Source of the DNA: a virus
Taxonomy: Duplodnaviria; Heunggongvirae; Uroviricota; Caudoviricetes
DNA length: 37,333 nt
IMG/VR virus record: IMGVR_UViG_2563366859_000002
Strand: one strand, 5' to 3'
The notes below the pieces were generated by a model. That model did not search any database and was not told the DNA's origin. It saw nothing but the letters and a program-made list of their open reading frames with translations. A program made the translations under genes and the position numbers. Below, piece by piece: positions 1-8,829 of this stretch (position 1 is the first letter of the stretch; the number at the start of each line of letters is the position of its first letter).

Positions 1-91
1 GAGTCTTGAGTCTTGAGTCTTGAGTCTTGAGTCTTGAGTCTTGAGTCTTGAGTCTTGAGTCTTGAGTCTTGAGTCTTGAGTCTTGAGTCTT
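1..91 (-). repeat. Tandem heptanucleotide repeat GAGTCTT (AAGACTC on the coding strand), 13 complete copies, probably continuing past the left edge
   Basis: Perfect 7-bp periodicity from position 1 to 91, directly abutting an ATG on the minus strand at 94-96. Confidence 0.95.
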
Positions 92-96
92 GACAT
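1..96 (-). CDS. neuO: 5' end of polysialic acid O-acetyltransferase NeuO (partial, runs off the left edge); repeats encode RLKTQDS heptapeptides
   Basis: Reverse complement reads ATG TCA AGA CTC AAG ACT C...; position downstream of an endosialidase-type tailspike matches the known CUS-3 arrangement. Confidence 0.65.
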   Translation of the reverse strand, partial: MSRLKTQDSRLKTQDSRLKTQDSRLKTQDSRL

Positions 97-249
97 ATTA
101 GTATCCTACGTTATTTTACCACTAGTTACTTTTCTTGTCATTAAAAAGCATTTAAATTTTTATATTTAATTTCGTTGACGTCAATGTTTTTTGCCAATGT
201 ACTTACTTCTTTATGTGAGCAGTTCATATTTTTGACGCCAACGAAACAT
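97..249 (-). promoter_or_regulatory. AT-rich region between tailspike stop and neuO start, presumed neuO promoter/leader
   Basis: About 150 bp of AT-rich non-coding sequence immediately upstream of the neuO ATG. Confidence 0.3.
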
Positions 250-3195
250 TTAGTGCTTCCCTTCTATTAAGTCTAACCTAGCTTTTATTCTTTCTATTTC
301 TCTGCGCTGCCATGCCGCCTCGATATAGAATAAGAGATCAGGTCTGACCCCCCATCTAGATCCTGCTGGCGTTATTTCAACGCGCTCAATGATGTCTTCC
401 ATTACCATCACTGGATTATCATCCTCATCAACAATGATGCTCCCGTCATTATCAGTCAGCGGCATTTCCCTTTGGCCAGTAATGACGTCATCATATACTG
501 CGGGATAATCGTCATAGCAAAGAAAGGCATAGCGGCATGTTGTGCTTTCTTCTTCCATGAGTCCGTGAGAAATAAGAACATCACGAAGTTGCTGCGCGAT
601 TACACCATGATGTATCCTCGCCCCTTCTTCCCCCTTTATAGCGACAGCGTTCAGCCATTTATAAGCGATATACCTGACGTCACCCCAGGCATCCAGCAAT
701 TCTTCGTCAGGAGAGACCGGCTCTGTCTTTAATGTTCCGTCACTGGTAACCACAGGATTGGAGCCAAGATAAACTGTCGAGAACCTGTTTCCCGGACCAC
801 CAAGAGCATTTACATTATCAAGATAAGGTTTAACATCTCCGTTCTCAAAAAGATGTTCGAGTGCGTTATATACCGCGCGACGTGGAGTACTGCTTCCGGA
901 ACCATGCAACGTTATCATTGCACCATCTGCTGAAGACGTTGTTTCACCGCCGCTAACGATTAATCTCTGAGCGGTAACATCATCAGACGGTACTTTCTTC
1001 GCAATAATGGCGTAATTACCCTCAAGTTTGACTTCCGCGCGAACTTGTCCTGATGTACCTGCATGGACAGTCAGTGACTGGACGGCAACATCATCTGTGA
1101 AATCAACGGGTACAGGAACCGTCCTCACGCCTGACGTCGACATAAAAGTAGGAAGCGTTCTGTTAGGAGTGGCTCCGTAGACAAAATCCCTTGAAACAAA
1201 TTCTTCCTGTTTAATTTTCACCCTGAAACAATACAAATCAGCCGGGTGACCATCGTGAACATAAGGATATTTTCTGTTGTTATCCCCTATGCTCCATGGG
1301 TTTAGAAAGTCTTCCCCACCGAAAATGTAGTACAGCCAGTTGTCTTTGATACAAACTGAACCAACACCAACCGCAGAGTTAACTATTCCGCCCTGATAAA
1401 TCTGATCAGTAACATTAACCCACTCTACATTATCCAGACTCCACTCATTGACGTTAACTCTGGTCATAAATGTTCTTGGATAATTTCCTGCATAACGGTT
1501 ATCAGGTTCTCCTCCTTCCCACTCACCAAATGCGCGCTCACTGCCAAAAATAATCAGCTCATCGCCAACTTTGGCAAAAGGAAGGTTTGAGTGATGAACA
1601 TTATTTGGGAAGCGAAGAGAATTCCATGATGTACCTAAATCAGAGCTTCTGTGCAATGAACTACCGGGTTGAGTACTTAATGTCCCCCTGGTCGTCAGAT
1701 ACAGAATGCCATCATAATATTTTACACATGGCTCAGATGCATTCGCCTCATATTCTGCAGGTATGCGTCTGCGAACAAAGCTACCAGGAGAACCGAAAGC
1801 ATCAGAGAAATAGAGTATCCCAAGCTCGCGTGGGCCAATATCACCATTATGGTAGCCAACAGCAAAACTGTTATCGCTAATCGTCGCAAAACTGTGAATC
1901 TCAGTAACAGGAGTGCTTCCGTCAACAAAAGAAGGAATAGTTCCAAGACTGGTTTTTCTCCATGGTGACGAGTGAAATGATGTACCAAAACTCCAGTATC
2001 TACCCTCGTTATTCTGATCCACATCCTGGGTATTTTGCGTCGTAACTGTAAAAGTATTTTTATCAATAACAGTAGTCACCGTCATATTCCCGGTAACACC
2101 TGTAACACCAGAGTTTGAGAAGTTGACAAAATCACCAGCAAATAATCCGTGATCAGTAATGCGAATATAAGCGACTTGCTGATTTGCTGCTTTCGTTATA
2201 CCACCATAAACGCGAAGGCTGCGACTCATTGGGCGATCCCACAACTCTGCAACCTGCAGTTTATTTCCGCTCACGGTCCGCGTCTCAATTACAGCAAAAA
2301 GGCGATTTCTGACAACCCCCATACTCATGCAGTGATAGTTAACTGTGGGATAGTTTTCATGTAAATCTGTAAGCCATTCCGGCGTTGTCCAGGTCTTCCC
2401 GTCATCTCCTGAGCGAACCCATGCAACATGGAGGTTATTTACACCATGGCGGTCTCCAGCCATAAAAGGCGCATAGATGACATTGTCATATACAAACGTT
2501 TTATCCTGCGTCCAGGCGTTGTACCACGGTGTATCTGTAATTTTAAATAACTCTCCCTGGATAAAATCTTCAGAAGCATAAAAAAGAGGCTGACCCGGTA
2601 TTCTCTCAAATAAAAAACGAGCATTTTTAAATCGACTGACATCTGGAAGAGTTGATACTTTAAAAGTAAGCCCTCGCCCATCTATCTTTTCACCACCTGT
2701 TGCAACAGAAAGTAATTCTGATAGAGCTGATGTATCATCATGAACACCATCACCAATAGCCCCCCAACCTCTTACATCATAACTGTCTCTCCATCTTGCT
2801 ATCTGAAGTTTTGGGTATTTATTCGCTCCATCTGGGTCTTCTAATTGCTGCCGTAACTGATCAGGATCATACTTCAGCACATTCGGAAAATAGAACTGCT
2901 GTGTACCATACGCATCATAAACAGCCATAGAATGGCCTTGCACGGTTACGAACTTGGCAATCTGTCCGTTATATACCGGATATCCAGCGGCGTTAATGAT
3001 GATTGGTTGCGAAACAGGAACGTGAGAACCATCTTCGTTCTCAACATAGACCTGAATCTGGTTTTCAGGATTTACCGGGTCAGTGTCAATTTTACCGATA
3101 TAAATTTTGCCATTAGCTACGGCTTTAAAAGAACGCGCCATAGTGAAGAGTTGCGAAGGCATACTCACTACAACATTGGCTGTAATGTCTGTCAT
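250..3195 (-). CDS. Tailspike, 981 aa: P22 gp9-like head-binding N-domain, sialidase-like domain with two Asp-boxes (endosialidase-like), C-terminal chaperone-like domain
   Basis: N-terminus [11 protein letters not shown]...KYDPDQ matches P22 gp9; Asp-boxes SGDDGKTW (2389-2412) and SSDLGTSW (1624-1647); S-D at aa 818-819 before a conserved C-terminal domain. Confidence 0.85.
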   Translation of the reverse strand: MTDITANVVVSMPSQLFTMARSFKAVANGKIYIGKIDTDPVNPENQIQVYVENEDGSHVPVSQPIIINAAGYPVYNGQIAKFVTVQGHSMAVYDAYGTQQFYFPNVLKYDPDQLRQQLEDPDGANKYPKLQIARWRDSYDVRGWGAIGDGVHDDTSALSELLSVATGGEKIDGRGLTFKVSTLPDVSRFKNARFLFERIPGQPLFYASEDFIQGELFKITDTPWYNAWTQDKTFVYDNVIYAPFMAGDRHGVNNLHVAWVRSGDDGKTWTTPEWLTDLHENYPTVNYHCMSMGVVRNRLFAVIETRTVSGNKLQVAELWDRPMSRSLRVYGGITKAANQQVAYIRITDHGLFAGDFVNFSNSGVTGVTGNMTVTTVIDKNTFTVTTQNTQDVDQNNEGRYWSFGTSFHSSPWRKTSLGTIPSFVDGSTPVTEIHSFATISDNSFAVGYHNGDIGPRELGILYFSDAFGSPGSFVRRRIPAEYEANASEPCVKYYDGILYLTTRGTLSTQPGSSLHRSSDLGTSWNSLRFPNNVHHSNLPFAKVGDELIIFGSERAFGEWEGGEPDNRYAGNYPRTFMTRVNVNEWSLDNVEWVNVTDQIYQGGIVNSAVGVGSVCIKDNWLYYIFGGEDFLNPWSIGDNNRKYPYVHDGHPADLYCFRVKIKQEEFVSRDFVYGATPNRTLPTFMSTSGVRTVPVPVDFTDDVAVQSLTVHAGTSGQVRAEVKLEGNYAIIAKKVPSDDVTAQRLIVSGGETTSSADGAMITLHGSGSSTPRRAVYNALEHLFENGDVKPYLDNVNALGGPGNRFSTVYLGSNPVVTSDGTLKTEPVSPDEELLDAWGDVRYIAYKWLNAVAIKGEEGARIHHGVIAQQLRDVLISHGLMEEESTTCRYAFLCYDDYPAVYDDVITGQREMPLTDNDGSIIVDEDDNPVMVMEDIIERVEITPAGSRWGVRPDLLFYIEAAWQRREIERIKARLDLIEGKH

Positions 3196-3254
3196 TTAAT
3201 TTGCTCCAGATACAAGGAATCGCCGCAGCATGGCTACGGTTGGCATTTATTACA

Positions 3255-3267
3255 TACCGAAACGGTA
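3255..3267. promoter_or_regulatory. Palindrome TACCGAAACGGTA between divergent tailspike and mnt-like genes; candidate operator
   Basis: Perfect 5-bp arms around AAA in the 132-bp divergent intergenic region. Confidence 0.3.
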
Positions 3268-3327
3268 CGATTGTTGATTTGTACAGTAGGTTTTACGATG
3301 CCATTCCACCCATTTGGTGAGGCATTG

Positions 3328-3585
3328 ATGATGTACAGCAAATACGATGAGGCGCAGTTCCACTTGAGGCTTACACACGAGTTGCACGCTAAGATTAAGC
3401 AGCGTGCAAAAATGAATAACAGGTCTATCAATTCCGAAATTGTGGCTACGATGGAAGAATCACTCTCCAAACCATCACCTGTAAGCGGGTATCGTGATGA
3501 AGAAGAGAGGCTGGCCTCATTAATCTCGGAACGAGTAAAAGAAGTTGCGGCTGAAATTCTAAGGAAAGAAAAAACCCGCGATTAA
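3328..3585 (+). CDS. mnt: Mnt-like ribbon-helix-helix repressor, 85 aa
   Basis: RHH motif ...NNRSINSEIV... and C-terminus SKPSPVSGYRDEEERLA resemble P22 Mnt; SD GGTGAGG before ATGATG. Confidence 0.7.
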   Translation: MMYSKYDEAQFHLRLTHELHAKIKQRAKMNNRSINSEIVATMEESLSKPSPVSGYRDEEERLASLISERVKEVAAEILRKEKTRD

Positions 3586-3600
3586 GCGGGTTTAGTTTTC
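3565..3600. terminator. Rho-independent terminator between convergent mnt-like and antirepressor genes, strongest on the minus strand
   Basis: Stem AACCCGC/GCGGGTT with a long U-run on the minus-strand side and a shorter one on the plus side. Confidence 0.6.
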
Positions 3601-3611
3601 ATTATAAAATG

Positions 3612-4340
3612 TTACGCCACATTTGAGCCATGTAGCAGGTGTTGTAGTGCTTTAACGCCTTCAGAATTGTAACGGAACGCCTCTACCTGTTTGCTGGAAT
3701 GCGCCGATTTATCCAGGAAGAACTTCCCGTACTGCTCAGTTTTGAGGTTGTTTGCGTTAGCAATGCGACCAATCTTGTTGGCCGTTACTCCAAGCTGCTC
3801 TGCAACCTCCCCTGCTGAGTAGTAATGCTCTTCTATTGCCGGAAGAGGTATTGCATTAAAACCAACAAGCGGGTTGATTATACTTGCTGCCGCTGTCTGC
3901 TTTGCCTCAGGCGCAAGATTTGGCATCAGATCGAACAGATTGGTAACAGCTTCAACCGTCATTTTCAATGTTCGCGCTTGACGATACTCAACAAGTCCAC
4001 TCGCTGATTTACCGCTTTTAATGTGCGCTTCTTGCATACTTTCAAGTTGGTCTACCAGTGAGCGGCGAACGGCTTTTGACTCGCGAGCGGCAACTCGCAA
4101 TGCTTGCTTGATTGACATCTCAATGATAACCATCGAAGTTTTGTTCGCTTTTTGCACTACACTTTTTGTGTAGTGCTCTCCATCCAATTCATCTTCAATT
4201 TTCTCGATGAATTTGTTATTACGAACCTCCGGCTCACCGCACTGTCTACGAGCCTGATTTACCATCTCAAGCAGGCGCTGGCTGTCAATGGTTTTATCCG
4301 TGACAACGGATCCGATGTTTGCTACATTCTTAAAAGTCAT
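3612..4340 (-). CDS. Antirepressor-type regulatory protein, about 242 aa, KilA-C-like C-terminal domain
   Basis: Internal start MTFKNVANIG with SD AAGGAA; C-terminal YYSAGEVAEQLGV...NKIGRIA motif typical of phage Ant/KilAC proteins. Confidence 0.6.
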   Translation of the reverse strand: MTFKNVANIGSVVTDKTIDSQRLLEMVNQARRQCGEPEVRNNKFIEKIEDELDGEHYTKSVVQKANKTSMVIIEMSIKQALRVAARESKAVRRSLVDQLESMQEAHIKSGKSASGLVEYRQARTLKMTVEAVTNLFDLMPNLAPEAKQTAAASIINPLVGFNAIPLPAIEEHYYSAGEVAEQLGVTANKIGRIANANNLKTEQYGKFFLDKSAHSSKQVEAFRYNSEGVKALQHLLHGSNVA

Positions 4341-4410
4341 TAGGCATTCCTTATGTGGTAGTAAGGGTGTGACATAGGCCGCCAGCAGCACACTGGCGGT
4401 TTTCTTTTTG
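4335..4410 (+). ncRNA. Candidate sar-like antisense RNA (about 75 nt) covering the RBS and start of the antirepressor gene
   Basis: Plus-strand promoter-like GTGACA-17bp-TACATT (4300-4328) followed by a strong plus-strand-only terminator at 4379-4410, antisense to the gene start at 4340. Confidence 0.4.
4379..4410 (+). terminator. Rho-independent terminator on the plus strand inside the minus-strand ant region
   Basis: Stem GCCGCCAG/CTGGCGG(T), 7-nt loop, then TTTTCTTTTT; no U-run on the minus-strand reading. Confidence 0.6.
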
Positions 4411-4428
4411 CGCCGTCCGGCGCACCAA

Positions 4429-5055
4429 TCAATGAATCCATTCCTCGCCGCGCAGTTTTGCCAGCATTGGCTGAGCGTTCTTTACGACAAAATTGTTGGT
4501 ATCAAGATTCTTCATTTCACGAAGAAGTGATTTCTTGGTTTCTTCTGACATATAGCGAGTCTCATATGCGATATCGTAAATCCTTCCTGAAAGCTCAGAA
4601 CAAATTTGCTTCATTCCTGGGTAGATGTGTTTGCACATTTGTTGACTCTTCTCCATCCACAATTGTAAGTAGCAGAGATTAACCAGTTCTTCGTCAGTAA
4701 ACTGTTTTGCAATCGGTGAGCATTCTGCCTGCCGATCCAAAATATCCAGCACCCAGCGGCGGAACTCTTTGGCTACCGGAGTGCGAGCAAACATCGCGAT
4801 TAGGTGGGCACCGCGTAGTGAGAAAACTCGCACTTTTTTGCGATAATTTCCTGAGGTACTCACTTCGAGTACCTGAGTCATTCCGGCGCTAAACTCATCG
4901 CTATACTTGTTATAAATCATTGTTACTGCACGACTATTTGCGTATTTAAGTGCAGATGCAATATTAGATGATGTAAACCAAACACCATGCATATCACGGG
5001 TGGGCACCAACTCAACTCCGTGGAAGTTGTAATCTGATTTTGCTACAATATTCAT
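4429..5055 (-). CDS. Bro-N-like domain protein, about 208 aa, possible second antirepressor
   Basis: Internal start MNIVAKSDYNFHGVELV with SD AAGGAA; N-terminal region resembles Bro-N/Ant N-domains (GxWF...A.AL.Y.N). Track ORF N-extension rejected. Confidence 0.5.
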   Translation of the reverse strand: MNIVAKSDYNFHGVELVPTRDMHGVWFTSSNIASALKYANSRAVTMIYNKYSDEFSAGMTQVLEVSTSGNYRKKVRVFSLRGAHLIAMFARTPVAKEFRRWVLDILDRQAECSPIAKQFTDEELVNLCYLQLWMEKSQQMCKHIYPGMKQICSELSGRIYDIAYETRYMSEETKKSLLREMKNLDTNNFVVKNAQPMLAKLRGEEWIH

Positions 5056-5128
5056 GTTAGTTTCCTTGCATACGGTTACTGACATAGAGGCCCGGTTTGT
5101 GTTCGCGCACTGCCGGGCTTCACTATTT

Positions 5129-5296
5129 TTATGTCCTAGCATTCTTCTCTCCAATCAGTCCGTACACTTTTCTCAATTGATAAATAAGTTCCGTGTTGAA
5201 CTGTCGACACTCTTTTTCTCCATTTCTTTCAATCGCCTTCCTTACATCCTCTGGGAAACGAACCTTGCGTTGATACATGTCTTTTGCTTTTTCCAT
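5129..5296 (-). CDS. arc: Arc-like ribbon-helix-helix repressor, 55 aa (absent from the ORF track because under 60 aa)
   Basis: MEKAKDMYQRKVRFPEDVRKAIERNGEKECRQFNTELIYQL...; SD AAGGAG 5 nt before ATG; position first in the ant operon as in P22. Confidence 0.6.
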   Translation of the reverse strand: MEKAKDMYQRKVRFPEDVRKAIERNGEKECRQFNTELIYQLRKVYGLIGEKNART

Positions 5297-5313
5297 CTCC
5301 ACTCCTTAAATAG

Positions 5314-5376
5314 CCCCACTGTGGGGCAATTGAAATTGTCACACCGTGCGTCATTGAAGTCAACCCCACCGTGGGG
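5314..5376. promoter_or_regulatory. Two 13-bp palindromic operators (CCCCACTGTGGGG at 5314-5326; CCCCACCGTGGGG at 5364-5376) in back-to-back divergent promoters
   Basis: Plus promoter TTGAAG(5354-5359)-17bp-CATAAT(5377-5382) has an operator in the spacer; minus promoter TTGACT-17bp-GACAAT has an operator just after +1. Confidence 0.55.
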
Positions 5377-5419
5377 CATAATTTACTTATTGTGAATTTT
5401 TCCTGTTTGGACTAATGGT

Positions 5420-5794
5420 ATGAGTAGAGAAGACCCTCAACTTCGGATTAGGCTTCCTGTTGAATTAAAAAAAATAATTGAAGCGTCATCAAAACAAAAT
5501 AATCGTTCTATGAATGCTGAGATTGTCACTCTGCTTGAGTTGGCGATTCGTGTTTGTCGTGATTTTGGGCCGGAGGATGGTCCTATCGTTCAGCAGTTTA
5601 AAGAACAACTAGATGCGATAAACAGAAAATATGATAAAATCGAGCATGAAAAACTTATACCTCAACTTTTAGAAATCATAGAAAAACAGAAAAAACAAGT
5701 AGATAAACTTATTAGCATGGTTGAAAGATCAATTCCTCTTTCAGAGGAATATAAGCAGAAATATCTTGGTGATGACAACAAAAAACCCACCTGA
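5420..5794 (+). CDS. Mnt/Arc-family RHH repressor with extended coiled-coil C-terminus, 124 aa
   Basis: N-terminus MSREDPQLRIRLPVELKK...NNRSMNAEIV parallels P22 Mnt; divergent from arc, as mnt is in P22. Confidence 0.65.
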   Translation: MSREDPQLRIRLPVELKKIIEASSKQNNRSMNAEIVTLLELAIRVCRDFGPEDGPIVQQFKEQLDAINRKYDKIEHEKLIPQLLEIIEKQKKQVDKLISMVERSIPLSEEYKQKYLGDDNKKPT

Positions 5795-5819
5795 CGGTGG
5801 GTTAATTTTTGCCTTTTTT
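5784..5819 (+). terminator. Rho-independent terminator after the 124-aa RHH gene
   Basis: Stem ACCCACC/GGTGGGT followed by a T-rich tract. Confidence 0.6.
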
Positions 5820-5892
5820 GGACCATATTGACTACTCATAAAATGAGATCAATATTTAATCGCCCAATAACGGGTGTATGTTGAGGTATATC

Positions 5893-6072
5893 ATGGCGAA
5901 AAAACCAGGTGAAAACACAGGAAAAAACGGCGGAATATACCAAGAAGTTGGCCCACGCGGCGGTAAGAAAGACAATTTTGCCACCGTCAAGGACAACGAA
6001 AGGCTTCCGCCAACAACAAAGCCAGGTCATGGCTGGGTATTGGATAAGCGAACTCCAGACAGCAAAAAGTAA
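5893..6072 (+). CDS. Small YjzC-like protein, 59 aa
   Basis: MAKKPGENTGKNGGIYQEVGPRGG...; SD GAGGT; own promoter-like TTGACT-17bp-AATATT (5828-5856) with CTCAT/ATGAG inverted repeat in the spacer. Confidence 0.55.
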   Translation: MAKKPGENTGKNGGIYQEVGPRGGKKDNFATVKDNERLPPTTKPGHGWVLDKRTPDSKK

Positions 6073-6085
6073 TAATCAAGCCGGG

Positions 6086-6451
6086 TCACTCCGGCTTTTT
6101 GATATGTCGCTCGCAGAACTCAACAAGCCTGCTCATTAAGTAGCAGTAAGTCTCATTGGCTCTTCCTGGTTCAACATCAACACCGACCCTTGAGCAGATA
6201 TCGAATGCCATGTGAGCGCACTCATGGGCAATAGTAGATAGTTTGCCATTGAACACGCCTATCACATGCAAAACACCATTCTCGCTGCTCATTGTATGAG
6301 ACGCTCCGTTGGCATCCGAGTCCTGCACGTCCACACCAAGTTTTTGATGCAGGCGTTGCCATTCTGGAAAGTCTCTACAAAACACAATTGTACCGCTCTC
6401 AAAGAGCGGAACGAGCATCTTTGGTACGTTTCCAATGTTAACTTTTTTCAT
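6086..6451 (-). CDS. Hypothetical 121-aa protein with HExxH...E motif (possible small zinc metallopeptidase)
   Basis: Motif IAHECAHMAFD with Glu residues 14-20 aa downstream; the antisense plus-strand reading looks non-proteinaceous. Confidence 0.5.
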   Translation of the reverse strand: MKKVNIGNVPKMLVPLFESGTIVFCRDFPEWQRLHQKLGVDVQDSDANGASHTMSSENGVLHVIGVFNGKLSTIAHECAHMAFDICSRVGVDVEPGRANETYCYLMSRLVEFCERHIKKPE

Positions 6452-6481
6452 GGTATCCTGCTCAAAACTAAGGAGGTTGGT

Positions 6482-6709
6482 GTGAAGCGATGGTTCCTCA
6501 TAATTACTGTTTTCGCGATCATTTACGCTATTTTCCCTGCATTAAAAGCACCAATGCAAATAATTTCACTAGCAATAATTGCAATTGGTGCTTTCATTAC
6601 AGTATCCGTACTTGTGTTTAAGGTTTTAAAGTTTTTAGTTTGGCTATCAAAAGATGATGGATGCAAAGTTCATCAAGAAAAAGAAGGCAAAATAACCAAA
6701 GTTGACTAA
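6482..6709 (+). CDS. Small two-helix membrane protein, about 75 aa, GTG start
   Basis: Strong SD AAGGAGG 5 nt before GTG; two hydrophobic segments (FLIITVFAIIYAIF and IISLAIIAIGAFITVSVLVF). Start uncertain. Confidence 0.45.
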   Translation: MKRWFLIITVFAIIYAIFPALKAPMQIISLAIIAIGAFITVSVLVFKVLKFLVWLSKDDGCKVHQEKEGKITKVD

Positions 6710-8829
6710 CTGTCACTAGCGAGCCATGTAATAATCCCCGTGCGGGCAATGGTTTTTGCTTCATCTGTTGATAGGGTTTTCTCCCATCTCTTAAATGCCC
6801 CAGATTGCATCAGTTTCCTTTCTATTGCGCGTCTCACTTCTGCTCTGTCTACTGGTGCGTTTTGCAGGCGAAATAGCATTGATTTAAACTCAGGAGAAGA
6901 CAGTAGAGCATCAGCAGCCTTTATCCTGCTTGTTTTCCCTGACATCAATGCGGACGTTATCACCCCTGTTGCACCTACACCAGGAAGACCAGATAAGCTT
7001 GTAATACCTTCCGCCGCAGCAGCTTTTGAGGCTATTCCATAAATTTTTGCTAGACTACCCTTTTCCTTCAGAAAGTTATTAACTTGCTGATCCACAAGGC
7101 TGCTAGCATACTGCTTACCAGTATTGAGTCTATTCATAGCCTTGGCTGCTTGATAAATCGTATCAAGGCGCTTTGATGCATCTGTGCCAATAGCATCACG
7201 GAGAGTCTTCATATTGGCCCCATTGCGTGATATTCCGTTATACCATTTTACAAATCCATCAACCCCTAATTGCTGACCTGGTGATTTAGCATAGCTGGTA
7301 AATGCTTTATTCATTGAGGTGAGCACAACTTCCTGCCGCATATCCTTTGGAATTGACTTCATTAATTGCCTAAAGTCACCACCGTTTCCTTTTGCCATAT
7401 TAACAACGGCACTTTCAACTTTTGGAATTGCTGATTGCTGAAGTTTTCTACCCAAAACGGTTACGGCATCATCTTCAATGGATTTTCGTTTTTTTACCAA
7501 CTCCTTACCAAGCGTCCATAACTCCCCTGCGCCATATTTTTCTGCGACAGCCTGTTGGTCATCTGTTATAGCTGCATATAACTTTTTAAGAACACCTGTT
7601 TCTTCATCCTTGAATGGGCCAGAGCCTTTGCCAATAGCTTGCCCAACCTGCTTTCTGGCGAGATCTAAACGCCCATACGTTGGCAAGGTGTTTGGATCAA
7701 GTCGGTTCAATGTCCGCTTCATTATTGGAGATAATTCATCAATTCCACCTATGTCATCAGCAAAATCCTCTAAAAAATTCAATGTATTGGTTGCCTCAAT
7801 ACGGTCTCTTACTGGAACCTTTTCGGCAATTTTGTTGTAGATGTTATCTGACTGATTTTGTAATGATGAAATGGTTTTATCAAAATTATCTGCAAGCCTG
7901 TCAGAAACCAGTTGCTTATCAAGGTTTCCCCCAAATGAAGTTATCATTTCATCAGCTTTTCTTCCTAATTCAGTAATAAAGCGCTTATGCGCCTCACTAA
8001 TCTCTGTTCCAGGAAGACTTGCCACTGCATTATCAAGAGCCCTGACAGCAGGATTATTAGAGATCATTCCTGGAGTGGCATAATTTTCCAGTTCTAGCTC
8101 ACGGATGGCATTTATCGCGTTAAAATCAGGATTAACTTCATCGGCGAAACCTTGAATAGCTCGTTGCCCGCCAATAAATTTATTATCCATTGCGCCAGCA
8201 GCTTTCTTTAACGTTGCTTTAGATGATTTACTCCCCATCCCTACGGATGAGCGATAAATATCCCCGGCACTATTTTTAATTTTTCCTGCAATCTTCCCAA
8301 GCGCTGGACCAACAATCTCGGCTACAGGGCCAGCCACAGCGCCAATAGCAGCGCCGGAAGCAACATCGCTATTTGTTCCATTGGCTACAATAGCCCCTTC
8401 TCCAGCACCAAGCCCTGCGGCGGCAGCCAGCCTTGCCGCCCCTTTCGGAACCTGAGAAATAATCCCACCACCACTAACAAATGGCGCGGCTTGTCCAACA
8501 AACTCACCAACATCTTGTGCGGTTGATGGTTTTGCCGCTAACTTCTGCTGTAGAGACTGAATTGCGGCTTGCTCTTCTGGTGTCATATCCTGAAACAGGC
8601 CAACACCTTTACCAACATCCATCAATCCACTGAGAACGCCATACATAAAACGGTCGAAGCCGTTAGCATTATTAACAACATTTTCCTGTCTGGAATTTTC
8701 CTCTGGTGAAACCAAAGGAGATTGCTGCTGTTCTGGTTGGGCATCAAGCACAAAGCCATCAGGAAGCTGTGAGTTATCAGGCTGATTATCGAGAACAAAG
8801 CCTTCGGGTAAACCTACATCGGTTGCCAT
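6706..8829 (-). CDS. Ejection/internal virion protein, P22 gp16-like, 707 aa
   Basis: Position last in the ejection-protein trio before the accessory region; large Ala/Gly-rich protein. Confidence 0.65.
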   Translation of the reverse strand: MATDVGLPEGFVLDNQPDNSQLPDGFVLDAQPEQQQSPLVSPEENSRQENVVNNANGFDRFMYGVLSGLMDVGKGVGLFQDMTPEEQAAIQSLQQKLAAKPSTAQDVGEFVGQAAPFVSGGGIISQVPKGAARLAAAAGLGAGEGAIVANGTNSDVASGAAIGAVAGPVAEIVGPALGKIAGKIKNSAGDIYRSSVGMGSKSSKATLKKAAGAMDNKFIGGQRAIQGFADEVNPDFNAINAIRELELENYATPGMISNNPAVRALDNAVASLPGTEISEAHKRFITELGRKADEMITSFGGNLDKQLVSDRLADNFDKTISSLQNQSDNIYNKIAEKVPVRDRIEATNTLNFLEDFADDIGGIDELSPIMKRTLNRLDPNTLPTYGRLDLARKQVGQAIGKGSGPFKDEETGVLKKLYAAITDDQQAVAEKYGAGELWTLGKELVKKRKSIEDDAVTVLGRKLQQSAIPKVESAVVNMAKGNGGDFRQLMKSIPKDMRQEVVLTSMNKAFTSYAKSPGQQLGVDGFVKWYNGISRNGANMKTLRDAIGTDASKRLDTIYQAAKAMNRLNTGKQYASSLVDQQVNNFLKEKGSLAKIYGIASKAAAAEGITSLSGLPGVGATGVITSALMSGKTSRIKAADALLSSPEFKSMLFRLQNAPVDRAEVRRAIERKLMQSGAFKRWEKTLSTDEAKTIARTGIITWLASDS

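Noticed and set aside
1-93. Tandem repeat array as a possible CRISPR array
   Set aside because: Units are 7 bp with no spacers and lie inside a reading frame after an ATG; this is a slipped-strand contingency repeat.
472-3585. Plus-strand ORFs inside and overlapping the tailspike gene (472-732, 1587-1880, 2149-2364, and the 5' part of 2932-3585)
   Set aside because: They are antisense to a well-supported 981-aa tailspike and have low-complexity translations; only the 3' part from 3328 is kept, as the Mnt-like gene.
3612-5154. Bro-N and KilA-C ORFs as a frameshifted ant pseudogene
   Set aside because: Each ORF has its own SD and start and a terminator lies between them, so two intact genes is the simpler reading.
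6266-6480. 5' part of the 147-aa plus-strand ORF
   Set aside because: Antisense to the 121-aa HExxH gene and non-protein-like; only the portion after the SD-preceded GTG at 6482 is kept.
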